From the IMG/VR virus record IMGVR_UViG_3300020042_005969, positions 1 to 30,909 of that record: 30,909 nt of DNA, one strand, 5' to 3'. Positions 14,064 through 23,790 of this stretch are shown here, piece by piece (the first letter of the stretch is position 1; the number at the start of each line of letters is the position of its first letter). A model generated the notes under the pieces. That model saw only the letters and a list, made by a program, of their open reading frames with translations, searched no databases and was not told the origin of the DNA. Made by a program: the position numbers and the translations under genes. Origin of the DNA: a virus (Duplodnaviria > Caudoviricetes).

Positions 14064-14342
14064 ATGCATAGCAAAAACCTAACCAAACGGGACAGAGAGC
14101 ATTTATTGCAGGTGAAGTCTTTGTCTTGCGGGGTATGCGGTGCTAGTGCGCCAAGTGATGCACATCACATTGAACAAGGACTGCATTTCATATGCATACC
14201 GTTATGCAAGGACTGCCATCAGGGCTCACACAATGGAATACATGGACGCAGAGCAATGTGGAGTGTGCTAAAGAAGACGGAGCTTTCCGTCCTCAATGAC
14301 ACAATCAGTAGATTGCTTACGGTCGGGCCATCTTCTGCATAA
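14064..14342 (+). CDS. HNH-type / Ref-like zinc nuclease
   Basis: CGVCG...DAHHI...CIPLCKDCHQG..NGIH. Confidence 0.8.
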   Translation: MHSKNLTKRDREHLLQVKSLSCGVCGASAPSDAHHIEQGLHFICIPLCKDCHQGSHNGIHGRRAMWSVLKKTELSVLNDTISRLLTVGPSSA

Positions 14343-17300
14343 CCTGAATTTCACTGGTCAACGCATTTTGCGTCTTGTTAATTTCGTCTAGCATCATTCG
14401 CTTCTCCTCTGCGGGCATCGGGGTAGAACGAATCATTGCAGCCTGAGCACTGAGCTTCTGCATCTGCTTGTCCACTGAGGATACGTAGCCCCTCATCCCG
14501 TACATCGATATGTTCTTCTCAATGTACCCCTGAAGTTCAGGACTTCCCTGTTTTGAAAGCAGATTGACTGTACGTACAACTTGGTCAACCGAATTTTTTA
14601 GGTCGTAGAAATCACTTACCTGACCCCTTGCTTCAGGGTCAAGCAGAAATCGTCTTATCACAGCAGTCTGTTCAAAGCGTTGAGATGCCTTGGGGTTATC
14701 ACTACCTGCGCTAAATACAGAATCCATTACATTCGCTAGGTACATGCCCATTGTTCCCGTGTAGCCCTTGTACACATGGTCAATCATTATGGGAGACATG
14801 CCAGTCTGCTTACCAAGGAACTCTGCAATCTTCGTGGTCTTCTCGTTGATTTGAAACTCAGGGGCAATGTTTCCCATTGCTTCGCCCACAATGGGACGCT
14901 GTGTAAACACCGAGTAGTTGTACTGAGCTTCCAGAAGTGGAGCAATAGCTTGGGGCACAGGGTTAAACGCAAAGGTGGACAGCAGGGCTCTCTGCATGGA
15001 GTCGCCCAACTGTTTTGATGTGTCTGTTCCGTAGGAGTAACGGTAGATACGTTCTGGGATAGTTTTAAACAGAACCCCGACCTCAAACGGGATTGGCAGC
15101 TTGATGCCAAGACTTGGTATGAGCCAGTTGTTGTCCTTGGTCTCTTGTTCCTGTTTCTCGTAGTCAGGGTCTCCCATGATTGCTGCGGCGTACATAGTAC
15201 TCAGGGCCATCATAGTTGCCCCACGAATCAACATAGCCTTCTGAACCTGCTTCTCGTAGGCGGTCGAGTTCTTGTCATAGAAGGGTCGGATACCTGCACG
15301 GAAGAACACATCCAGACCTTGGACACGGGCGTTCAAGAACGGGATGGCAGCGGCTGCAATACGCACTATGGCAGAGCGTCCCTTGCGGTTGAAGTTCAGC
15401 ACCTCTACCGCCCGACGTATAGCCTCTGCCTCGTTGCCAGTTTCCTTCAGGGTGGCTTCGTAGACAGCCATACGCGTTGCAGCATCGGATGCCTCTGTTC
15501 CACGCTCAAGGAATCCCCAGACATTTGCAAATGGTTTAAACAGTTGCTCTGACTTGGTCTGAGTTCCGGTCTTTTTACGGAGGTCTGCGGCGAAAGCTTC
15601 TGCTCCGGCTTCCACGTTACGGGAGTATTCGTATCCACCGATTGCACCTGAATTTAGCAGTGCTTGATAGACCGGAGAGCGGTTCATGATTGCAGCGCCA
15701 AAGTTCTTGACGGTGGAGATGACGGGCTTGATGTTTGCACCGCTGGTGACGTAAGCGGACAAGGAGTCACGCATCATGTTGGCAAGCATGAAGCCGGGGT
15801 CTTTGGTGACCAAGCTTCGGAGCAAGTCTGCTGGCGCTGAAAGAATGCTGAGGAACGGCAACTCAGGCAGGTTTAAACTGCTGACAGCCTCAATGAAGAG
15901 TTTGTCTGCACATTGATAGGACACCTTCTTGCCATTCTCCAGAATGGTGATTGTGTCTGGCGCAGAGGCGACCGCAGGCAACTTCGTAACCATGCCCAGC
16001 ATCATTCCATTCTTCACAGCCTTCTGGGCTGCAAGATTCTTCATGCTGGATTGGATGGCAGCTTGAGTGTTGCGAACGATGGTCTCAAGGTAGTCCTCAA
16101 TAGGAGCATCGCCCTTGCCTTTTAGGGTCTTGGGAGGTTTGACACCGCTGATGCTTTGGTAGACGCTTGGGCCAAGCGTTGTGCGCCCATCCATCTGACG
16201 GTACAGGGGGATGTAGTCGGAGTACTTCATAAACTCAGCGCCTGCCGCTGGGGTAATCACACCAGCATCAACTTGCAACTTGACCAGCGCGTTGTTGTAC
16301 TTAATCCAGTCCTGCTGGACGGTAACAAACTCAGGGTACTTTTGGCTTAGGGTCAGGGCATCCTTGATTTCTGCGGGGGTCAGCAACTCAAAGCGACCCT
16401 CACGGTACAAACGGGTTCCCCGTTTAGCTGCACTCCAAATCTGGTACAGCCGGTAGATGTCAGGGTCACCGCGACTGGCTAAAGGAGAAAGGATTTCTAG
16501 AACGCCTTTGACTGTGCCGTTTAAATTGTCAACGGTGACATAGCCGTTCTTCAGTACTGGAGCACCACCCATGCGGTCGCCAACGCCCAATGCAGACGCT
16601 GTAACACCAGCAGCCATGTCAGAGTTTAAGGAGGCCCAGTGTGCGCTTTGGTCTGCAAGTAGGTCTATGCCACCCATCTGCTGGGCAACCATCTTGTCGT
16701 AATCGTTTAAACGGTTATAACGGTCAAAGAAATTTTGACGGAAATAGCTCCATGCCTCTGGTGCTAGAGCATTTATGACGCGCTCCGCAAAGCCTTTGGT
16801 CTCCCGTGGGGGAGTGACCCTGTTCATGGTCGCCAAGATGGCTGCACCATTGGGCATGTTGCTCAGGTCGTTCTTGACGTTAGTGCGTAGGCTCTTACGA
16901 ATATCAGGGTTGTTGATATCGTATGTACCTTCATTGCCGGTGGCAGACTTGAGTTGGTTAGAGTCATAGACTGCTAGGTTCTTCTCGTTGCCCTGCTTGA
17001 TGTAGAAGCTATCAAACCCAGCAGCGCGAATTGCATTCTGCACTCGGTCAGATTCCAGTCTAGCAACATTGTTAGCAAGGCTATCTGTGGTTACATCCTT
17101 CAGGCCAAGTTCTTTGATGTGGTCTTGATTCTCGTAATCAAAAGGCCGTTCAGCCCTCACAAACACCGGCATGATGTTTTTACCGGAAGCAGGGAATAGT
17201 TTGTCGGCTGCGGTCTTTAAAAAATCGGAAGCCTCTCCCGTTGGGTTAGACGATTTGATTTCTTTAATGAGACCGGAAGCTTCTTTGGAAAAGCCGTAGG

Positions 17301-20300
17301 AACTCTTAACGTCTGCAATAGCTTGAGCCCTAGACTTAGCCAGCTCCTGTGGGGAGTAGCTTGATAGCTGACGCTCAAATGCCTTGTACCCTGCCGCTGT
17401 TTCTGCATACTCATCTGCGAACTGAGGACTGTCCGTCAGGAAGATAGCCCCGGCTTGCTTAGGTTTAAACGTAGTAATGTCTTGGGCTGTCCCGTGGTAC
17501 ATGACCCTCGGGTTGCCGTCTGCATCAACTATCTTGCTGTCGCCAAAGAACCGTTTAAACTCAGGTGTATCTGGTGCTGTGCGAAGACTGGCTCTGGTAA
17601 CCGGTGCTTCTGGCAGGCTTGGAAGTTTGTTTACAAGCGGGCTCTTTTCTGAAAGGCTGCCCAGCTTCTGCTTGGCATTCAAGGTTCCGATGTACTGAAG
17701 CATGGGCGCATCAACCGCCTCATCGCCCGTCAATGTAAACGCTACAGGCGGCAAGGAGGCCTTCTGGTCAGCAAAGCCGCGTTCTTTCAGGGCGACATTC
17801 TTTACCTCGGGGCGGAAGTTCTGCCATGCATTCTGTGCCCGTGTCTCGTTAGTCAACGCCCAACGTGCCAATGGGTCAGTGGTGGTTGCCATGTGGTTCT
17901 TCCACGCAGCAAACTCACCCTTAGGGCCAAACTCTGTATCGCTCAGGTTGTGGGCAAAGTAATCGTGTACAGCCCGCAACAGGTCGTTGTACAACATTGT
18001 TTTACCGTTGATGTCCTTCATACCGGAATCACCAAGTAATGGGTGACCGGTGAAGTCCACACCCTCAGGCCCGAATGTGTTGGCATCCGTCTTGAGAACC
18101 TTGAAGGTGTTGTTTAGGCTGACATCCTTGCGCATCTCTGCGCTGTTCTTGTAGATGTCAATGTAATTCTTGTTCTCGTCAAATTTGGGGTCAGTCAACT
18201 CTACCTTGATTGGTAAAGCCTCGTACTGACGTTTGACTTCCTTCGCAAGAGCCTCGTATGCATTACGCACAATAGGCTTCTTGAGGTCGTTCTTGGGCAG
18301 GGCCTGAAACACATCCTTGAGGACGGTTTGCTCTTGTACCTGCGCTTTGGTTAAAGCTTTCTGCTCAAACGCCTTGATTGGATGGCGAGTGAGGTACTCC
18401 CCGATTATTCTCGGGGTTGCTTTGTCTGAGTCCTGCTTGGGACGAACGATGCCACTGATGTCAGCGTATCCGAGTCTTGCCCCATATCCTCGTCCGTAGA
18501 CTGCAAGACGTTGTGTTTGGAATTGAAGTCTGCCGTCATCTGCTCCATAGCTTTCATAAATTCCCTCGAGCTTGCTGAGGAATTCCTTGTATCCTGCTGT
18601 GTCATTCTCTTCTCCTTGTACGTGATATGCGGTTAGGTCTGTTGCTGAAACAGAGAAACCTTTAAGTCCTGCGTTGTTGACGATATCAACAATGTCCTGC
18701 TCCGTCAATTCTTTTTGAAGCTTGACCGTGTAGACAGGGGTTGCGTATGTTCCATCGCCAAAGTCGTGACCAACCTTGTATGCGGTCTTAGTCCTGACGT
18801 GGATTTGCTCTTGGTTGAAGTTGTCAGCAAACTTGGCAAGTGCGGCTAGGACAGCGGCATTGTCTGATTCCTTGAACCGTACTTGTGCCACGATGGCTGG
18901 CTCACGGTCAGACTCGTACACACCCTTCACACCACTGACAGTAACTCTAGCGTTTGTCCCGCTCAGAAGGTGCTTCAGTGTGCTGGCTGCAACATTCTGC
19001 AACACAGCATAAGCCTCTGCATCACCGTTTAAAGCACGAGTGTGCAATAGGTCAAGGCCCGGAATGCTCTTTGTCACAGCAGACAGGTTGACGATTGCCT
19101 TATCGACTAGCTCTTTTCCTTTACGCAGTCGGACTCCACCTTCTGGTGTAAACGACATGTCAAAGCTACCGCCACCGTCTTCTACGAACTCACCCTCACC
19201 GGAGCTAAACCAGTCTGGGCGGTCTGCTCTCTCACCAAGAGCTTCAATGTTTCTGCGTGTCTCATCAAAGGATTGCTCACCTGTGCGGAACTTAGTCCAC
19301 TCGGCACGGATGGGCTTCTTAATTTGATTCTTGATGTTCTCGGGGAACATGCCACGGACAGCTTCCCATGTGATGGATTGCATCTCACGGGGTTTCAGTC
19401 CTACCTGTCTAGCAGCTTCACGGTACGCATCTGCAATCAAGCCGTAGGTTCCGCCAACACCAATCTTGGTGTTCTTGCCAATGCCACCAAAGTTATCCAG
19501 CACCTCGGGGTCTGAGCCAGCCAATGCTTCATACAGGCCAGCAGCCACTGCATGGGTGTCAATGGTGACATGACCTATCGGGCTGTTTGGTGAAACGATG
19601 TTGTTGTAGAAGGAACGAATCTTGTGCTCTTCTCCAAGCTGTTGGCTGATGTTTTCACGGCTTGGGTCGCGGAAGATGCTGACGGTCTTCTCAATCGGGC
19701 TGTAAGTTGACCACATCATGGTGGCTGTCTTGGCTGCACCGGTTTCTTTGTCAACGTTCTTGTTCATCACAAAGCCACCGAACCCACCCTCAGGAGTAAC
19801 GATACGGTACTTGCGGTCATGGAACGCTTCGTCGTAAGCGCGTACAAACGCAGCAGCGTCCTTGACGCTCATGTCTTTGAGCTTGACTTGCCTACGGCTC
19901 ATTTCTGAGATTCGTTTGTCAAAGAAAATCTGCCGCTTCTCACGGTCTTTCCTGTCCTCTGCCTCGTTGATGTAGCTACGTGCGTAGTCCATCATCTGAG
20001 GAGTCCAAGTGGCATCACCGTTGTTGGTCAAGATTTCAATCGCCCGTTCAGCCATTGAGACGTTCTGGAACCAATCTTTCTGCGGAGACATGGCAGCCAA
20101 GATGCCTGAGACCTGTTCCTTGCTCATGTCATACCGAGCGCCCAACTCAATGGCTATGCGGTTTGCCCCGTCATACCAAAGCTTGCTGCGCTGACGCACA
20201 TCCTCAGGCACACGGTTGTACAAGTGCAGGAGGTTGTTGACAATGTTGTCTTTGAACACCTTGATGACATCTTCATCCTTGGTGTTCGCTGGGATAAAAC

Positions 20301-23300
20301 CATACGACTTGATGGTCTCAATCATGTTCTTCTCTAGCTCAGGGTTCTGAGCCATCGATTCACGTACTGCCGCCTCATCGATAGACAGCATGTCTGTCAG
20401 CGGGTCATACAGGCGGTTCTTAGCCTGAGGGTTCTGTGTGGAGATTTCAGACTCATCCTTGACCGCCTTGCGGACTAGGCTCTTCTTAGTCTCTTCAGTT
20501 TTCTCAGCAGCCTTGGTAGCCTTCAACTCACCACGCTCCACCTTACCGAACACGTCGTCGGCTGTCTCGTAGCCTGCACCTGTAAACGCAGAGCGCAGAT
20601 TGCGGAAGAACTTACGCATGGCATTTAGAAGCTGTGCAAACAATCCCTTGGGAGCACCGTTTACATCAAAGTCTGCAAACGCGTCAGCAATAGCTTCCTC
20701 ACGTACAGCGGCGCTGTCGTTGGCGTACAGGTTCTGGTACGCATCAAAGCGAGACTGCTGCCCCTTCTGAAGAGGCTGTCCGTCGATGTTGCGCTGCTTC
20801 AGGTACTTGTTAATCCATACTTTGTCCGCTTGGTTCTCCAGAACCTTCCACTGACCGGGCGTGAAGAAACCCAAGTCCTTGAGGCCGTGGATGGACTCAT
20901 GGCGCAGGACACGAACGGGGTTGTTTGCATCTAAAGCAATCTTGATGGTGCTGGCTACGTAGGAGCCCTCGTCCTTCATGCCCTCTTCAATCTTGAGAGC
21001 AACATCCCCAAGACCAAACTTACGCAGCATGGGCAGAAGCTGACCCTGTAGCTCTTCCGCTTTGGGGTTTACTTTGGGCTCTTCCTTTACCTCTGGCTCT
21101 TTCTTTACCTCTGGCTTTTCCGCCAAGAAAGGCTTAGGAGGATTCTTCCGGCGCTCCTGCTCCTTCTTTAAACGATTGGCAAAGCCCGGTGCTTTTGTCT
21201 GGCCTGCAAGTTCATTTAAACGTTTAGCAGGCAGGTTCTCAAGGGCATGCCTTTCAGCTTCCTCTCGTGTGTCAAACGACTTCTGACTTACTCCCGGTTC
21301 TTTGACAGTGAAGACCTTCTTGTTACCAACTCTGCCGGTGGGGTTGACCACAACAGACTGCTGGAGCATGTCTCTTTGTTCGTTTAAACGTTTAATGTTT
21401 TGGGCTGCGTTAGCAACTACCGAGTCTTGACGGGCGGATGCTTGTTGGTACTGCGGTGTGTTAAACAGGCCGTTAGACTCCATTGTGCTCAAGGCGCGCT
21501 GTCCTGCCGCAATGCTGGAGTTCTCTTTGGCGATAGCCTTCTCAATCTGGGCAACTGCTGGGGTAGCAGACTTGCCTAGGCTTGCTGCCTTTGCAGCAGC
21601 GTCTTCCTCGTTCTCTGTGAAGTACAGACGCTTGTCACCACGCATGACGTTGAACCCAGTCTTCTCAGCGGGCGCAGCGCCTTCCTCAATGTTGAACTCT
21701 GCCTGTGGGCCCTTGGCTTGCAGGGTTACATTACCATCGCTTGTAAGGTCAATGTCACCCTTGCGATTGGCATCTTGAAAAAGAATCTTGATGTCATCGT
21801 CGCTTTTAAGCTTGGCGGTCTTCTTAATAAGGCTCTGTGCCTCATCAACAGAGACAGGCTTTAGCTTTGGCTGTTGACCTTCTTTGAGATTTGCCTGCTC
21901 TTGGGCAATGGCCTCATTACGCTTGGTTACCAAGCCCTGTAGGGCGCTCACAGCAGATGTGTACTGCTCAGGGTTGTAGATGGTAGCGTTGGTCATCTCC
22001 GGGAGAATCTGCACCTCTTCAAACCTTGGCAGTTCTGCCAATGCTTTAAATGCAGAATGGAGTTGAGGCTGCGACATGCTCGCAATCTCGTTCTCGCCGG
22101 TAGCTCGTTGAAGGAAGTATTTAAACCCTGTTGTGGTGGTGTCAATGTTCTTCTGCTTGGCAACCTTGATAACATCCTCAGGGACATACTTCATCCCACC
22201 GACGTAGCCGGTCTTTGCTGCAATAAGACTGTTTAAATCAGCTTTCTCTGCGTCAGGAAGCTGGTTAGGCATTGCATTGCGGATGTCTTCAATGGAGTAG
22301 CTGTCAATCTCAGGCTTGCCCTGTTTCTTGCGGACAGAGTCCACATACTGGGCAATCTTGGGAGAGCGGCTTATTAGTTCATCCTTAGAGAATCTGCCGA
22401 CGGGGTCGTCCAAAGCATCACCAACCGTCATGGTTGGCTTCTTAGCCTGCTCTACTGCAACACCTTCTATATCAGCACCTTCCACCACCGCAGGCTCTAC
22501 CTTTGCAGGCTCTGGAAGGTTGGGTAAAACTTTGTTGTACTCGGTAGCCAACTGCTCCAACTCTGGAGTCATGGCCTTCACTTGCTCTTCAATCTGAGCA
22601 TTGTGTAAACGGTCTGCCGTCTCTGTTGCAGAGTTCTTCTGGATGTCGCGCAACTGAGCAAGTAGCTCGTTCTTACGTCCTTCTGCCGCTTGGTACTGGG
22701 TAGCTATGTTCTTTGCGTAATCAGGAGAAGATGTGTCAGGAGGTGGCGGCTGCTCCGCCTGACGGGCAACAGCTTCAGCTTGCTCCTTCTGAGCAACCGC
22801 AGCCTTGGCTCCGCTCTTATCGCCCATGCGTCCCACAATACCCAACGGGCCAAGCAAAGCCACTTGATATGCTGTTTCGCCATATTCCTTCATAGCCTCT
22901 GGGCCGGTCAAAGGAAGACCCGCCTGATACCGCTCAAGAACTTGCTGGGGAATCTCTGTGGGTATTTCACCAGCAATACCGGTCAGTGTGCCCTTGGCAA
23001 TTGTTGCAGAAATACGTTCTTTGGCAAGCCTTTCAATGGCTTCAGAACTACCTTTAGCCAAAACTTCCTCAGGTATTCCTATCAGCTTGCCAAAAATCTT
23101 ACTACCCAGCAGGATGCGGTTTGATACCACATCAAACGCACCTTGAGGGATTGCGGTTGTAGCGGCAGATTTGGTATTGATGTCAATAGGCTTACCAGCA
23201 GCTACTTGCTCTTGAGCTTGGCGCTCAACGTTACCGCCTAGTGATTGGACATAAGATGGCGCAAAAATACCAGCAATACCCCCTGCAATCCCTCCCGCTA

Positions 23301-23778
23301 TCCTGCCACGACCACCGGCAACGGAACCTAATTTTTGACCAGTTTTAGACCCCGCCAATGCACTTGCATACGAAGCGGCAAGATTAGGGGACTGCTCTGC
23401 AATAGCCAAGGGAATTTGCTTGACTGTCTCGCCAGCAGCAGACAAGAGACCATCTTTTTTGTACGTATCAAGAACTTTTTGTAAGCCAACTTGTTCGGCG
23501 TACTTCTTGTTTATTTCTTTACTCCGCTCCAATGCAGCTTTTGCCGCCTCATCGGCATCTCCAGTTGCAACTCCATAAACTGTCTTTGCAGCAGAGCCAA
23601 CTTGTGCGGTTCCTTTTTTGAGGGCCGCAAGGATTCCCTCCTTAGGAGGAGGTGGAGGATTTGCTGCTTCTGGCCTTAAAGAATATAGAGTGGCAGATAG
23701 CTGACTCTCAGAAGCACCTTCAGGAGCCTCTAAGTCGTAAATATTCCCATCAGGCGCTTGCAGTGAGTAGATAGGCAT
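14317..23778 (-). CDS. Giant polyvalent internal virion/ejection protein (3153 aa)
   Basis: Last gene of the virion module. HESIH...EEAIADAF zincin (~20520-21050); WY/SPQ/KIRSFYNN/TIDTH/QSITW domain (~19340-20230); NLSA/GVY..E/NQE domain (~18700-19100); RAVHDYFAH domain (~17750-18330); ART-like YHGT/IFLTDS/AVY (~16890-17580); LPD38-like PFLNARVQG/LPIPFEVG/PLLE C-terminus. Confidence 0.92.
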   Translation of the reverse strand: MPIYSLQAPDGNIYDLEAPEGASESQLSATLYSLRPEAANPPPPPKEGILAALKKGTAQVGSAAKTVYGVATGDADEAAKAALERSKEINKKYAEQVGLQKVLDTYKKDGLLSAAGETVKQIPLAIAEQSPNLAASYASALAGSKTGQKLGSVAGGRGRIAGGIAGGIAGIFAPSYVQSLGGNVERQAQEQVAAGKPIDINTKSAATTAIPQGAFDVVSNRILLGSKIFGKLIGIPEEVLAKGSSEAIERLAKERISATIAKGTLTGIAGEIPTEIPQQVLERYQAGLPLTGPEAMKEYGETAYQVALLGPLGIVGRMGDKSGAKAAVAQKEQAEAVARQAEQPPPPDTSSPDYAKNIATQYQAAEGRKNELLAQLRDIQKNSATETADRLHNAQIEEQVKAMTPELEQLATEYNKVLPNLPEPAKVEPAVVEGADIEGVAVEQAKKPTMTVGDALDDPVGRFSKDELISRSPKIAQYVDSVRKKQGKPEIDSYSIEDIRNAMPNQLPDAEKADLNSLIAAKTGYVGGMKYVPEDVIKVAKQKNIDTTTTGFKYFLQRATGENEIASMSQPQLHSAFKALAELPRFEEVQILPEMTNATIYNPEQYTSAVSALQGLVTKRNEAIAQEQANLKEGQQPKLKPVSVDEAQSLIKKTAKLKSDDDIKILFQDANRKGDIDLTSDGNVTLQAKGPQAEFNIEEGAAPAEKTGFNVMRGDKRLYFTENEEDAAAKAASLGKSATPAVAQIEKAIAKENSSIAAGQRALSTMESNGLFNTPQYQQASARQDSVVANAAQNIKRLNEQRDMLQQSVVVNPTGRVGNKKVFTVKEPGVSQKSFDTREEAERHALENLPAKRLNELAGQTKAPGFANRLKKEQERRKNPPKPFLAEKPEVKKEPEVKEEPKVNPKAEELQGQLLPMLRKFGLGDVALKIEEGMKDEGSYVASTIKIALDANNPVRVLRHESIHGLKDLGFFTPGQWKVLENQADKVWINKYLKQRNIDGQPLQKGQQSRFDAYQNLYANDSAAVREEAIADAFADFDVNGAPKGLFAQLLNAMRKFFRNLRSAFTGAGYETADDVFGKVERGELKATKAAEKTEETKKSLVRKAVKDESEISTQNPQAKNRLYDPLTDMLSIDEAAVRESMAQNPELEKNMIETIKSYGFIPANTKDEDVIKVFKDNIVNNLLHLYNRVPEDVRQRSKLWYDGANRIAIELGARYDMSKEQVSGILAAMSPQKDWFQNVSMAERAIEILTNNGDATWTPQMMDYARSYINEAEDRKDREKRQIFFDKRISEMSRRQVKLKDMSVKDAAAFVRAYDEAFHDRKYRIVTPEGGFGGFVMNKNVDKETGAAKTATMMWSTYSPIEKTVSIFRDPSRENISQQLGEEHKIRSFYNNIVSPNSPIGHVTIDTHAVAAGLYEALAGSDPEVLDNFGGIGKNTKIGVGGTYGLIADAYREAARQVGLKPREMQSITWEAVRGMFPENIKNQIKKPIRAEWTKFRTGEQSFDETRRNIEALGERADRPDWFSSGEGEFVEDGGGSFDMSFTPEGGVRLRKGKELVDKAIVNLSAVTKSIPGLDLLHTRALNGDAEAYAVLQNVAASTLKHLLSGTNARVTVSGVKGVYESDREPAIVAQVRFKESDNAAVLAALAKFADNFNQEQIHVRTKTAYKVGHDFGDGTYATPVYTVKLQKELTEQDIVDIVNNAGLKGFSVSATDLTAYHVQGEENDTAGYKEFLSKLEGIYESYGADDGRLQFQTQRLAVYGRGYGARLGYADISGIVRPKQDSDKATPRIIGEYLTRHPIKAFEQKALTKAQVQEQTVLKDVFQALPKNDLKKPIVRNAYEALAKEVKRQYEALPIKVELTDPKFDENKNYIDIYKNSAEMRKDVSLNNTFKVLKTDANTFGPEGVDFTGHPLLGDSGMKDINGKTMLYNDLLRAVHDYFAHNLSDTEFGPKGEFAAWKNHMATTTDPLARWALTNETRAQNAWQNFRPEVKNVALKERGFADQKASLPPVAFTLTGDEAVDAPMLQYIGTLNAKQKLGSLSEKSPLVNKLPSLPEAPVTRASLRTAPDTPEFKRFFGDSKIVDADGNPRVMYHGTAQDITTFKPKQAGAIFLTDSPQFADEYAETAAGYKAFERQLSSYSPQELAKSRAQAIADVKSSYGFSKEASGLIKEIKSSNPTGEASDFLKTAADKLFPASGKNIMPVFVRAERPFDYENQDHIKELGLKDVTTDSLANNVARLESDRVQNAIRAAGFDSFYIKQGNEKNLAVYDSNQLKSATGNEGTYDINNPDIRKSLRTNVKNDLSNMPNGAAILATMNRVTPPRETKGFAERVINALAPEAWSYFRQNFFDRYNRLNDYDKMVAQQMGGIDLLADQSAHWASLNSDMAAGVTASALGVGDRMGGAPVLKNGYVTVDNLNGTVKGVLEILSPLASRGDPDIYRLYQIWSAAKRGTRLYREGRFELLTPAEIKDALTLSQKYPEFVTVQQDWIKYNNALVKLQVDAGVITPAAGAEFMKYSDYIPLYRQMDGRTTLGPSVYQSISGVKPPKTLKGKGDAPIEDYLETIVRNTQAAIQSSMKNLAAQKAVKNGMMLGMVTKLPAVASAPDTITILENGKKVSYQCADKLFIEAVSSLNLPELPFLSILSAPADLLRSLVTKDPGFMLANMMRDSLSAYVTSGANIKPVISTVKNFGAAIMNRSPVYQALLNSGAIGGYEYSRNVEAGAEAFAADLRKKTGTQTKSEQLFKPFANVWGFLERGTEASDAATRMAVYEATLKETGNEAEAIRRAVEVLNFNRKGRSAIVRIAAAAIPFLNARVQGLDVFFRAGIRPFYDKNSTAYEKQVQKAMLIRGATMMALSTMYAAAIMGDPDYEKQEQETKDNNWLIPSLGIKLPIPFEVGVLFKTIPERIYRYSYGTDTSKQLGDSMQRALLSTFAFNPVPQAIAPLLEAQYNYSVFTQRPIVGEAMGNIAPEFQINEKTTKIAEFLGKQTGMSPIMIDHVYKGYTGTMGMYLANVMDSVFSAGSDNPKASQRFEQTAVIRRFLLDPEARGQVSDFYDLKNSVDQVVRTVNLLSKQGSPELQGYIEKNISMYGMRGYVSSVDKQMQKLSAQAAMIRSTPMPAEEKRMMLDEINKTQNALTSEIQVMQKMARP

Positions 23779-23790
23779 GAAATTTATTTA

